A stretch of 64,000 nucleotides of DNA from Sedimentisphaerales bacterium (GTDB lineage: Bacteria > Planctomycetota > Phycisphaerae > Sedimentisphaerales > SM23-30). The notes beneath the pieces are model-generated. The model had not been told where the DNA came from and did no database searches. It worked only from the letters and a program-made list of their open reading frames with translations. The stretch is taken from assembly GCA_963666285.1 (NCBI GenBank), contig OY762711.1; one strand, written 5' to 3'. Of this stretch, positions 50,890-60,789 are shown in pieces. Within the stretch, counting starts at the first letter, position 1. Every line of letters starts with the position of its first letter. The translations under genes were made by a program, and so were the position numbers.

Positions 50890-52581
50890 CTATCTTAATT
50901 CTAATTCAAGCTTTGGATTAGCTAACACACACCAGTCAGAATTTGATGAACGTTTATCAGCAATATCAACATCGCCACCATCGGTACTTACAATAGTAAG
51001 AAATCTGTCAGAGTCATTAATAGCAATATCAATAGAACTTGCAAGGCCTCGCTCTGTAAGTTCCTTATAATAACATAACCGACCATCGACCAGTACCCAA
51101 AAAACAGCATGCGGATTATTCGGGCATATATCGGAAATACCAATTTTAGCTGTTAGCCGAGAAATACTTATATCATAATTTTGCAGATCTGCCCGGATTT
51201 TATCCAGATCAAAAGTAATGCCAAGATTAGCATGAATTGATAATCCCGGATTATTTTTACTGCCATATTTAATGCCGTCAAGAATCATTAATTCATCTTT
51301 TGAACCAAAAACACTATTTACACCTGAACCACTGATTATGTCAGCATAAAAAACGTTATTAGTAGCCGGACAATTATCAAAAACATGTTTTTTTGAACTT
51401 ATTACCTGCCCGTTTCCACTAGGCACAAAAACACCGTCAATATACCTGTCTCTTGTCATTTTGACGTATCGCCCATCAGAATCTCTATCGAAAATACTGT
51501 AAGGTCCTCTTTCACCAGTTAAAGGGTTGATTCCTACCTCAACAGCACCGGTCCCGAAACCATTTCCTCCTCCAACAATATCCGCCAGACAAATATTATC
51601 ACCACGCCACAATGTCCCTTCATCAGAATTAATCGAACGAACAAACAAACTATTTTCTAATTCAATATCATTAACTTCATTTCCACCAAACTTAACTCCA
51701 CGGGCATTTCCAGCAGTCACCATTTGAGTAGAATCAAATGTATCAATAGTATTACAAACCAAAGCTGTTTTGCCTTTGTAAACATACAAATCTGTATCAC
51801 CTTGTACGCTTACATCTACACCAAACTCAGTCCCTAAATCCATAACTTTAGCATTATCAGTATTTATCGTGAACCCTTTTGCCAAAGGAGGGACATTTGC
51901 AAATAGCTTGCCATAGCTCAAGTATATAGTGTCAAACGACTCTAACCTGAATACTGCCGGGGCTTCCAAAACAACCTCAGCACCACTATGGTACTTTAAA
52001 GACATATAACCTTCTCGTAAATGATAATCTCCCGGCCACAGCCAGTTATCAGTTACTTGCTGAACACCTTTATATCTTAGATCAGAATTAAGGTGTTTAG
52101 ATACTCTTGCCAATTTAGGAAGAGGGTCTTCAGGTTTATAATTAACAATTATGTCATCTAACTGTAATATTCCAAAGCAGATTAGTATAATTGCAGCGAT
52201 CTTAAAAAGAATATTTTGCAGCTTGAGAGAATTCAGACTTGTTTCACGCTTGTCCGGCTTCCTTTGTGTTCCATCAATATCATAACGAATAACACTTTCA
52301 GCCTCTTCCTCTTCGGCTACAAGTTTGAGGATAATTTCAGAAGTATCTTCTAGTGAATTATGCTGCCCGGCATCACTTTTAACAGCCTTGCGTAAAGAAC
52401 CTTCAAGGCTGCGTTTCTCCATTAAAGCGCAGATAGAAACATACTCAATATAATATCGCATATAAGCAGGATCAGAATGCAGTTTATTCTGCATCTTCTG
52501 GAAATCTTCATCGCTGATTTTATTATCCAGCATATCAGATATCCACTGGCTTAATTGTTCATATTTATCATTTCTATCCAT
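50890..52581 (-). CDS. FecR-like anti-sigma factor with C-terminal NPCBM-like domain
   Basis: SGAEVVLEAP, VMDLGTEFGV, HANLGITFDL, RFLTIVSTDGG; stop/start coupled to the sigma gene. Confidence 0.82.
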   Translation of the reverse strand: MDRNDKYEQLSQWISDMLDNKISDEDFQKMQNKLHSDPAYMRYYIEYVSICALMEKRSLEGSLRKAVKSDAGQHNSLEDTSEIILKLVAEEEEAESVIRYDIDGTQRKPDKRETSLNSLKLQNILFKIAAIILICFGILQLDDIIVNYKPEDPLPKLARVSKHLNSDLRYKGVQQVTDNWLWPGDYHLREGYMSLKYHSGAEVVLEAPAVFRLESFDTIYLSYGKLFANVPPLAKGFTINTDNAKVMDLGTEFGVDVSVQGDTDLYVYKGKTALVCNTIDTFDSTQMVTAGNARGVKFGGNEVNDIELENSLFVRSINSDEGTLWRGDNICLADIVGGGNGFGTGAVEVGINPLTGERGPYSIFDRDSDGRYVKMTRDRYIDGVFVPSGNGQVISSKKHVFDNCPATNNVFYADIISGSGVNSVFGSKDELMILDGIKYGSKNNPGLSIHANLGITFDLDKIRADLQNYDISISRLTAKIGISDICPNNPHAVFWVLVDGRLCYYKELTERGLASSIDIAINDSDRFLTIVSTDGGDVDIADKRSSNSDWCVLANPKLELELR

Positions 52582-53132
52582 TATTGAATGCCTATCTCAT
52601 GCAAAGATCGCATAACACATCGAACAAGTACATCTCTAACCTTTGGCACAGCTTTATACACACTGGCTACTGACATCTGCAGCTTCTCAGCAATTTTATC
52701 CGTAGGCTCATGACTTTCATGTTTCATTAAAATCATTTTTCTATCACGATCATTTAATTTCTTGAGACAACTTTGCAAAGCTTCAAAGCGTTCTTCCAGA
52801 TTATCGTTTACACTTACAGCTCCGCCAAGCACTTCGTCAAGAACCTCATCAGTAAATCTAATCTTACTGCGGTATTTCTTTTTGCGAAATTCTAAAACTT
52901 TGTAATGAGCAATTCTTATGCCCCATGAAGTAAAATTGTCAATATTCGGGTTTTCATTGTATTTTACCCACATCAATGATGCCGTATCCTGAAGAATATC
53001 CTCAGCATCCGACAAATTTGGAACTAAAGTCAAAATAAAGGCATAAATGCGTTTTTCTGATGCCATCATTCTGCGAACAAAAGTGTCACCTCTGCTGAAA
53101 GCATCATCAAATTGTTTACCTTGTCCATCCAT
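52581..53132 (-). CDS. ECF sigma-70 factor (PVC-type)
   Basis: AEDILQDT...W, NFTSW..IA, LQSCLKKL, region-4 HTH. Confidence 0.92.
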   Translation of the reverse strand: MDGQGKQFDDAFSRGDTFVRRMMASEKRIYAFILTLVPNLSDAEDILQDTASLMWVKYNENPNIDNFTSWGIRIAHYKVLEFRKKKYRSKIRFTDEVLDEVLGGAVSVNDNLEERFEALQSCLKKLNDRDRKMILMKHESHEPTDKIAEKLQMSVASVYKAVPKVRDVLVRCVMRSLHEIGIQ

Positions 53133-53452
53133 TTTAGTTACAACACCTTAATAATAAAGCACTTAGCCCTCAAAAGACTCATCACTCACAAACATATAAG
53201 TTGATAAGCCTATTATCAATATCTTCATAAGCAAGTGGCATAATAATTCCTTTTTTGGAATTTATTTTTACCTAGATGAAATGAGTAACAAGCCAGCACC
53301 ACATAAATATATACAAAACAATCACTTACACTTAAACATGCTGCTGAAAAATGTTTAACATAGCGACCATCATTATCAACTTTAACAAGTAATTTCAAAA
53401 GTCTTTCCTATAACAAGCACTTGTTATGTCGTTATAATCAGGTATCTTACAT

Positions 53453-53486
53453 AAAAAAAAGGTGCTGCAACTTAATACAGCACCTT
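53453..53486 (-). terminator. Intrinsic terminator
   Basis: Minus strand AAGGTGCTG...CAGCACCTTTTTTTT. Confidence 0.8.
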
Positions 53487-53516
53487 ACTATTTTTAACAA
53501 ACAAGTTATATATCGC

Positions 53517-54434
53517 CTAGAATGAATAATTATATTTTCCAGTTCTATTTTCCGGCCATCCCTGCACCATGTAGTCTACATCAAGGTTTGTATGGTCGCC
53601 ATCAGGATCAAACTGAACATTTCCAGACCCAAGACCAGATTCCGTATGCGTAATTGTACTTTTATCCCGCCATTTATACATTTCAGAATGACCATCCAGA
53701 AAACCAAAAATACCACCTCTATTATGAAATGGGGCAGGTGGGTCCCACCAGTAAGTATTGCTCCAAGGGTCAAAAGAAAAGCCACCGTGATTAAACGGCA
53801 TAGTTTGAGAACCTGGGAAATTAACTTCAACAAAGACATACTTTTCGCTAGGTGTCTTTATCTGAGAAAAAGTAGTAATAACCTTTTGCAGATAACTATA
53901 CCAGCTATTTCCATCTTTATGCTTCTCATGGCCAGCCAGACAGTCCGGAATACTGTAACTGCGATAAATCATGTTATCCAAGCCTGCATTGGCAACCTTG
54001 GGATTTGTTAACCTTTTATCACCTGGGCAATGGTAAACATCTGTATTTTTGATATATTTAAAAAGCCTTCCAGCCTTTATACCTGTTAAACGGTCATCTA
54101 AAACTGGAGAAGGGCTAACCCCATCTCGAAGACCAATATTATCGTACCAATCATCATCATTTACCCTAGGGGAAAATACCCATTGATTATCATAACTTCT
54201 GGGCGAATCAAGAGTCTGACGAGCAACATACCCCCCAACAATTCGACCGTCATTATCATCAGAGTACATTAAATATGCCTGGGTCAGAGATCGGGAATTT
54301 GCCAGACATACCGACGCCGTTGCCTGCTGTTTTGCCTTATTCAGAGCCGGCATCAGGATAGAAACCAACAAGGCAATAATAGAAATAACTACCAATAACT
54401 CAATCAGAGTAAATCCAGAACTTTTCCTCTTCAT
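53517..54434 (-). CDS. Prepilin-type N-methylation / H-X9-DG domain protein
   Basis: [36 protein letters not shown]. Confidence 0.9.
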   Translation of the reverse strand: MKRKSSGFTLIELLVVISIIALLVSILMPALNKAKQQATASVCLANSRSLTQAYLMYSDDNDGRIVGGYVARQTLDSPRSYDNQWVFSPRVNDDDWYDNIGLRDGVSPSPVLDDRLTGIKAGRLFKYIKNTDVYHCPGDKRLTNPKVANAGLDNMIYRSYSIPDCLAGHEKHKDGNSWYSYLQKVITTFSQIKTPSEKYVFVEVNFPGSQTMPFNHGGFSFDPWSNTYWWDPPAPFHNRGGIFGFLDGHSEMYKWRDKSTITHTESGLGSGNVQFDPDGDHTNLDVDYMVQGWPENRTGKYNYSF

Positions 54435-54953
54435 AACACAAACCTTTCTGCGCACAATTCAAACAATAATTTTGATTTAATAATTAAATTTTCAACAATA
54501 AAGCCGAACGGCCAAAAATAACAAAAAAACAATCCTATTAATCATTAATTATTATACTAGATAAACATCAGAATGACAAGAGTTAATAAGCCAAACAACC
54601 TTCAATGTATTTCAAATATGAATTTCCAACCACTCAAAATGAGCTATATTTGACTATATAATTTCAAATACTACCATATACGAAAATTTCAATACAGGCA
54701 CCACTTTTGACTGCTTAGTGAAACACTTATACAATCAATCACATAAATCTATACCCAACAGCAATTTACAACAATGTTGCAATTATTTTCATATACCTAA
54801 CGTTATGACTTTACTTATCAGCTAAATATCTCTTAACTAACTTGTTGAAAGAAATAGCTCAAAAGCAAACATTTTCATATTTATAATAATATCATATATT
54901 TTTGGGGTATTTCATTATGGCAATTATTAACAGATTGAACGCATATTCTTCAG

Positions 54954-55751
54954 CTAATCAGTACTATTGGCAGGAATATTAGCCAACACATGAAACCCGG
55001 AATCAACATGAATAATCTCACCAGTAACACCTGAAGATAAATCTGACAAGAGGTACAATGCTGTTTTACCGACTTCATTTCCTTCAATATTTCGCTTGAG
55101 AGGTGCAGATTTTGCCTGGTAATCAAGAATTCTGGAAAAGCTTTCGACACCCATAGCAGACAATGTTTTAAGCGGTCCGCCGGAGATACAGTTAACTCGT
55201 ATATTCTTTTTCCCTAATTCGTATGCCAGATATCGCGTGGACATTTCGAGAGCACTTTTAGCAACCCCCATCACATTATAACCTGGAACAACCTTTTCCC
55301 CACCCAGATAGCTTAGTGAGATTATACTGCCGCCTTCGTTCATAATCTCTTTGGACCGGTTTGCTATATCAACCAGACTGAAAGCACTTATCTCCAATGC
55401 CTGTGTCCAAACGTCACGAGGAGTCTCATGAAACCTACCGTATTTCAGAAATTCCTTATTCGCATACGCTACTGAATGAACAACAAAATCTATTTTACCA
55501 TAATTTTGATTTACATAATCAAAGAAACTATCCAGATAGCCATCGTTGGTAACTTCACAGGGATAAATATCAGGGGAATCATAACCCATAGATTCAAGGG
55601 CCAAAGTTACACGTCTTTCATTTTTTTCACCCGGCAAATATCCAAAAATAATTTTCGCCCCGGCTTCATATAACGCTTTAGCTATAAACCAGGCATAACT
55701 GTAATCATTTGCCAGCCCAAAAACTATTCCAACTTTATTTTCCATAAGCAT
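54954..55751 (-). CDS. fabI: Enoyl-ACP reductase (NADH)
   Basis: GLANDYS, VHSVAYA, YNVMGVAK, ISGGPLKTL. Confidence 0.92.
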   Translation of the reverse strand: MLMENKVGIVFGLANDYSYAWFIAKALYEAGAKIIFGYLPGEKNERRVTLALESMGYDSPDIYPCEVTNDGYLDSFFDYVNQNYGKIDFVVHSVAYANKEFLKYGRFHETPRDVWTQALEISAFSLVDIANRSKEIMNEGGSIISLSYLGGEKVVPGYNVMGVAKSALEMSTRYLAYELGKKNIRVNCISGGPLKTLSAMGVESFSRILDYQAKSAPLKRNIEGNEVGKTALYLLSDLSSGVTGEIIHVDSGFHVLANIPANSTD

Positions 55752-55822
55752 TTATGTATATTCCTCATTACTTGTTTTTATTGATTATACTCATATTGCA
55801 AAAGAAAAGGCAAATAAATGCT

Positions 55823-57172
55823 TTACAGTTTACTCTTAAGTTCATGCAAAATATCCATTTCCGTTAAAATACGGGTAGGCTTTCCTTCCTTATCCGTAAC
55901 AAGCACTTTATATTCATGATTTCTTTTCATATTCTGGATAATATCTGAAACAGAAGTATCATATCTGACATTAACCACCGGAAGCAATGGAACTTCACTT
56001 AGTTTTGTATCCATAGCCACACTATCCGCCAATAGATTTATAACACTTTCGGCGGTAAAAATCCCCAATGGCTGATCCTCGCTTGACAATACAACGATGG
56101 CATGAATATGCTCTTCATCTAATAATTTGATAGCAGACAATAAAGTGGCATTGCTATGAAGAGCAAAAATACCCTGTTCTTTAATATCAAAAGCTTCCGC
56201 AGGTTCAGCCGGGCCAAAGATTTTATCGGTAAATTTTACGTACCATGCTGCAGACTGAACCTGGATGATATATGCCAGGGCAATAATTAAAGCAATTTCT
56301 GATCCCTCTTTGCCAAACACTGTCATCGCAATTGCCAGAGCAATGGAAAGATTACGCATTACCGTTCCATACACCAGTGCAATACCGTCACCCCTGTTAA
56401 ACATTAGCTTACCAACGATTGTACTCAATAAATAATTTATTCCATAAAGCAACAACAGCGGTACCAGCAACTTAAGCAGCATTGCAGGTTCTGACACTAT
56501 CGTTTTGGCCTTTAAAGCCATCGCTACAAAGACTATTCCGAGAACACCAATAGTAGACAGCATAGGAAATTTCTTCTTAATATCTTTCTGATATTTTGCC
56601 TGGCCATATTTCCATATTATGAATCTTTGGGTAGCATACCCGGCTACCATCGGTAAAAATACAATTAAAGCTATCTGCTTGAATACACTGACTAATGGTA
56701 TTTCTACTACTTCTCCCATAAGCCACTTCGCATATAATGGAGTAGCAAGAGAACCTGCAACAAGACCTATGACTGTCATTTTTATTGCGGCATTTATATT
56801 ACCCCTGGCAAAACCTGTCCATGATATCGTCATTCCGCTGGTTGGCAATAAAGATGCAAGAAGCAGCCCGAGGGCTACAAATTTAAATTGTTCCTGGGCA
56901 AAAAAAACTTTTCCTATGCCAAAGGCAACAAAAGGAATGATGCCAAAGTTAATCAACTGAGTTATAATTTGAACCTTACTATCACCCTTTGAAAAGACTT
57001 TTTTTATCTGCAGGTTTACCATCATGGGATAAACCATGAGAAATGTAAGCGGCATGATAGTGACTTTCAAAAACTTTGGATCCTGAAAATAGCCAAAGAT
57101 TATTCCTAACAACATCATTGCCGGGATATTATAAACCAGGTATTTTTGTAAAAATGATATTTTATTCCACAT
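55823..57172 (-). CDS. Acr3 / bile acid:Na+ symporter family transporter fused to a C-terminal CBS pair
   Basis: MVYPMM, LPTSGMTISWT, MRNLSIALAIA, about 10 TM; then a roughly 120-aa CBS-like tail (LGIFTAES, ILTEMD). Confidence 0.82.
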   Translation of the reverse strand: MWNKISFLQKYLVYNIPAMMLLGIIFGYFQDPKFLKVTIMPLTFLMVYPMMVNLQIKKVFSKGDSKVQIITQLINFGIIPFVAFGIGKVFFAQEQFKFVALGLLLASLLPTSGMTISWTGFARGNINAAIKMTVIGLVAGSLATPLYAKWLMGEVVEIPLVSVFKQIALIVFLPMVAGYATQRFIIWKYGQAKYQKDIKKKFPMLSTIGVLGIVFVAMALKAKTIVSEPAMLLKLLVPLLLLYGINYLLSTIVGKLMFNRGDGIALVYGTVMRNLSIALAIAMTVFGKEGSEIALIIALAYIIQVQSAAWYVKFTDKIFGPAEPAEAFDIKEQGIFALHSNATLLSAIKLLDEEHIHAIVVLSSEDQPLGIFTAESVINLLADSVAMDTKLSEVPLLPVVNVRYDTSVSDIIQNMKRNHEYKVLVTDKEGKPTRILTEMDILHELKSKL

Positions 57173-57193
57173 AGATACTCCATGTAAATCTAT

Positions 57194-57213
57194 TTATCGC
57201 AATATTGCGATAA
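57194..57213. promoter_or_regulatory. Perfect 20-bp palindrome, putative ArsR operator
   Basis: TTATCGCAATATTGCGATAA, 21 nt upstream of the transporter start. Confidence 0.8.
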
Positions 57214-57273
57214 TAACAATGTAAAAAAATGAGTTCGCTCTAAAAAACAAACCCATTTAATATTGTTAAACAA

Positions 57274-58953
57274 TTATTTAGACAGCTGATACGGCCACAT
57301 AAGTACACCGCCATCCATCACTTTAACATTCTTATATCCGTTGGCCTTCAAAATCAGCGCAGCTTCATAACCACGAAGGGAGATTTTACAGAACGCTATT
57401 ACCTCTTTATCCCTTGGAATCTGGTCCAGGCTATTTCGAAGTTTACCCAGCGGAATAAGCGTAGCATTATCCAGCCTCATCATTTCATATTCAGCAGGAC
57501 TACGAACATCAAGCAGGAACAAATCTTCACCTGCATCCTGCTTAGCCTTGACTTCTACCGGGGAGATAGACTCATACAGTCCATCCAGCTTATTACGGGC
57601 AACATTTGCCGCAGTAATGATATTATCCATGGCCGGAGAAAATGGCGGAGCATATGCCAAATCAAGATTTGCCACATCATCAACAGTCATCTTAGCTGTT
57701 ATTGCAGTTGCGGCAACATCAACACGCTTATCAACATCGCCCGGACCAACCGCCTGCACACCAAGCAGTCTGCGACTACCTTTTTCAAATACCAGTTTTA
57801 GCATAACCGGCATGGCTGTTGGATAAAAATGGGCTTTATCCGGTGCCGGGCTCAATAAAGTCATAACATCATAACCTGATGCCTTGGCCTGCCTTTCAGA
57901 CAAACCGGTAGAAGCCACTCCATAATCGAAAACCTTACATATCGCTGTTCCAAGAACTCCGGGAAACCTGTCACGCCCAACATTACAAATACTATCTGCA
58001 GCAACACGTCCTTGCTTGTTGGCAGTAGAACCAAGAGGAACATAACATTGTTTGCCTGTGATAATATTGACACTTTCAACACAATCGCCGGCAGCGTAAA
58101 TATCGGGATCACTGGTCTGCATCTGGTCATTAACCTTTATCCCTCCAAGGCTGCCAATCTCCAGTCCGGCATCCACAGCCAGCTTAACATTAGGACGTAC
58201 TCCAACAGCAGCAATAGCAATATCACAAGGCAGCTCGCCTTTATCTGTTATCACCTTTTCGACACTGCCTTCACCTGCTAAAGCCTGGACCTTGGTACTT
58301 GTCAGTACTTTCACACCCTTTGCATTGAGATGTTTAACAACCAGCTGAGCTATTTCCCAATCAAGAAACGCCAGAATCTGGTCCATAGCTTCAACTATAG
58401 TAACTCTTGCTCCCATCTCGGCAAAAGCCTCTGCCATTTCAATACCAATAAGCCCTCCACCAATAATTGTAACTTCCTGAGCATTACGATTCTTAAAACT
58501 GGCTTTGATACCCTCAGCATCTTCAACACCATGAAGTGTATATACATGATCCAGATCTATCCCATCTATTGGTAAACGAAACGGATTGGCACCCGTAGCC
58601 AAAACAAGTTTATCATATTCCAGTTCACGTTCGGAACCATCTTCCATGCTCTTTATCGTTACTTTCTTTGCAGTACGATCTATAGCAGTCACTTCACTAT
58701 GATTGCAGACATGAACATTTTTAACATTCTGGAAAAAGACAGAATCACGAACTGTACCCACAGGTGTACTCATTAGTTCTGCCTGTTCCTTAACTACACC
58801 GGATATATAATATGGCAAACCACAACCGGCATAAGAAAGAAATTCTCCTTTTTCGATCAAAGTGACATCTGCATCAGGACACAGGCGGATAATTCGAGAT
58901 CCTACTTTTGGACCAGCTGCCACACCGCCAACAATTACAACTTTTAAGCTCAT
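57274..58953 (-). CDS. CoA-disulfide/persulfide reductase-rhodanese fusion (CoADR-RHD/Npsr-like)
   Basis: GGVAAG, SYAGCGLPY, GGGLIGIE, YAAGD, YAPPFS; rhodanese domain LDVRSPAEY...CKISLRG. Confidence 0.9.
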   Translation of the reverse strand: MSLKVVIVGGVAAGPKVGSRIIRLCPDADVTLIEKGEFLSYAGCGLPYYISGVVKEQAELMSTPVGTVRDSVFFQNVKNVHVCNHSEVTAIDRTAKKVTIKSMEDGSERELEYDKLVLATGANPFRLPIDGIDLDHVYTLHGVEDAEGIKASFKNRNAQEVTIIGGGLIGIEMAEAFAEMGARVTIVEAMDQILAFLDWEIAQLVVKHLNAKGVKVLTSTKVQALAGEGSVEKVITDKGELPCDIAIAAVGVRPNVKLAVDAGLEIGSLGGIKVNDQMQTSDPDIYAAGDCVESVNIITGKQCYVPLGSTANKQGRVAADSICNVGRDRFPGVLGTAICKVFDYGVASTGLSERQAKASGYDVMTLLSPAPDKAHFYPTAMPVMLKLVFEKGSRRLLGVQAVGPGDVDKRVDVAATAITAKMTVDDVANLDLAYAPPFSPAMDNIITAANVARNKLDGLYESISPVEVKAKQDAGEDLFLLDVRSPAEYEMMRLDNATLIPLGKLRNSLDQIPRDKEVIAFCKISLRGYEAALILKANGYKNVKVMDGGVLMWPYQLSK

Positions 58954-59024
58954 ATCAAACTCCTGTTTTAATCCCATATTTATCATTACATATATATTGC
59001 ATACCGATACAATACCAACTCATA

Positions 59025-59318
59025 TTAAATATTATCTAATATTTCTACTATCTTGCGAACCTTTTCATTACATACGCTATAACATGTCTTCACGCCTTCC
59101 TTGCGGTAATTAATGATTCCATGATTTCTGAGTACTGCCAGATGCTGAGATACTGTCGATTGCGGCAAACCAAGATTTTCCACCATCTTATTTACATTAC
59201 ATCCATCACCGCACATCAGCCCGCACGCAATTCGTAACCTAACGGGATGTCCTAATGCCTTGAGCAGCTCGCTATCTTTTTCAAAGTCAATATTTGTTCT
59301 CATTTCCACTTTACTCAT
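59025..59318 (-). CDS. ArsR/SmtB family repressor, Cys-rich
   Basis: KALGHPVRLRI, QSTVSQHL..LR; five Cys residues; GGAG RBS before 59318. Confidence 0.92.
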   Translation of the reverse strand: MSKVEMRTNIDFEKDSELLKALGHPVRLRIACGLMCGDGCNVNKMVENLGLPQSTVSQHLAVLRNHGIINYRKEGVKTCYSVCNEKVRKIVEILDNI

Positions 59319-59401
59319 AAAAATACTCCAAGATTCTTGTTTAAGGATTCCGTTCCCACTTATCACATAAACATCAACTGGACCAATTTGCCAATTTTTA
59401 T

Positions 59402-59454
59402 TTATCGCGATATCTGAATATATAAATATAATAATTATATATCGCCTTTGTCAA
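59402..59454 (-). promoter_or_regulatory. Sigma70-like promoter with a degenerate operator copy
   Basis: Minus strand TTGACA...TATATT, followed by the half-conserved site TTATCGCGATAT (plus strand 59402-59413). Confidence 0.55.
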
Positions 59455-59490
59455 GAGATAACTTTGGCAAAATCAAATAATTGAGAATTG

Positions 59491-60036
59491 CTATTCTAAC
59501 TCATTGTTTTTACCGACTTTATATTTCTCAAGTAAAAAGAAAACAAGAAGATATATTACAACAAAAACAGCTACTACAACCCAATGATTTAGCCCAATTA
59601 CTTCAGGAATTGACTTTTTGCCATAGCTGCCCCAGGAAATAACAGTATCCTTTAACATAGGATACAACTCTGCATAAACAGCGGCACCAGTGAGCATTCC
59701 CAGAATTCCCCAACCGGCATGCCAGCGACCCTCGGCAAGAGCACCGCCGGCAGTACCTGGACAATAACCAAGTATAGCCCAGCCAATACCAAAAACTACT
59801 CCGCCAATTAACTGGGCACCAATACTAAGTCCTTTTAACTTCAAATCAATAATACCCATATCGTGACAAAGGTAAATGCCTATAGTACCAACCAGGATTG
59901 CAGAGAACATAAATTTTATTATGGTCATGTCCCTGAATAAAAGAAATCCAACCTGCTTTTCAAAACGCAGAACACCACCTTTTTGAAGCAGAAAACCGAA
60001 AACGATACCTGTTATTAATCCTAATATAAGTTCCAT
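59491..60036 (-). CDS. YeeE/YedE family sulfur-compound transporter
   Basis: GIVFGFLLQKG, FGIGWAILGYCPG. Confidence 0.9.
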   Translation of the reverse strand: MELILGLITGIVFGFLLQKGGVLRFEKQVGFLLFRDMTIIKFMFSAILVGTIGIYLCHDMGIIDLKLKGLSIGAQLIGGVVFGIGWAILGYCPGTAGGALAEGRWHAGWGILGMLTGAAVYAELYPMLKDTVISWGSYGKKSIPEVIGLNHWVVVAVFVVIYLLVFFLLEKYKVGKNNELE

Positions 60037-60038
60037 AA

Positions 60039-60575
60039 TTATTTACCTCCACGCCTATAAATCAAATTTGCAGCGGCAAAGCCACCTGCCATAAAACCCA
60101 TCATTGCCAGCAAACCACTTGCAGCCAATTGCATCATACCGCTAAGACCATGACCACTGGGACACCCGCCGGCAAGCCTGGCACCCAGAATAGCAATGAA
60201 ACCGCCAATAAATGCTCCAATCGCTCTTACCTGCCATTTGTTACCAAAACGCTCAGCCCAGATACCAGGAACAGTCTCAGATTTAAATTGCCTGCTAATA
60301 ACGGCCGCAATAAACGAACCGATAACAATGCCTACAACAAGCATCATCTGCCAATCAACCTTGATCTTTTCCTTAGCAAAATATTCATTATTATTAACAT
60401 GTTCCGGGGCAACCTGCTGTTCTACCAATCCGGAAACTCTAACCATAGTCGTTGATGTTCCAAGATACTTTGGACTACCCAAAACCTTTGTGGATACCAC
60501 TACAGAAGCAATAGCAAGCAGGCCGGCTAAAGCCCCAGCAAGATATGGACTCCATGATTTACTGATCCAATTCAT
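60039..60575 (-). CDS. YeeE/YedE family sulfur-compound transporter
   Basis: WSPYLAG, LGTS, GARLAGGCPSGH. Confidence 0.9.
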   Translation of the reverse strand: MNWISKSWSPYLAGALAGLLAIASVVVSTKVLGSPKYLGTSTTMVRVSGLVEQQVAPEHVNNNEYFAKEKIKVDWQMMLVVGIVIGSFIAAVISRQFKSETVPGIWAERFGNKWQVRAIGAFIGGFIAILGARLAGGCPSGHGLSGMMQLAASGLLAMMGFMAGGFAAANLIYRRGGK

Positions 60576-60682
60576 AATTAAGTCTCCTGTAAAATTATAT
60601 TATTTATTTCAATGTCGCATAAAGCTCAAACGAACTTCGAGCAGGTATGAACACAAAAGCAGCAAGCTACCGCTTTATTGAA

Positions 60683-60702
60683 TTATTGCAATATTGCGAT
60701 AA
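60683..60702. promoter_or_regulatory. Second operator palindrome (19/20 match to 57194)
   Basis: TTATTGCAATATTGCGATAA upstream of the yeeE pair. Confidence 0.8.
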
Positions 60703-60789
60703 GAAATTCAAATAAAGTTAAAAATATTTTAAAAGGAAAATATGTAATATATGAATCAGAAATCGAGCAAATTTGCAGAACTGATTATT

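Noticed and set aside
55823..59318. Arsenic-resistance operon (ArsR + Acr3)
   Set aside because: No arsC, arsA or arsD. The neighbours (YeeE pair, CoADR-rhodanese) indicate sulfur handling, although arsenic is not formally excluded.
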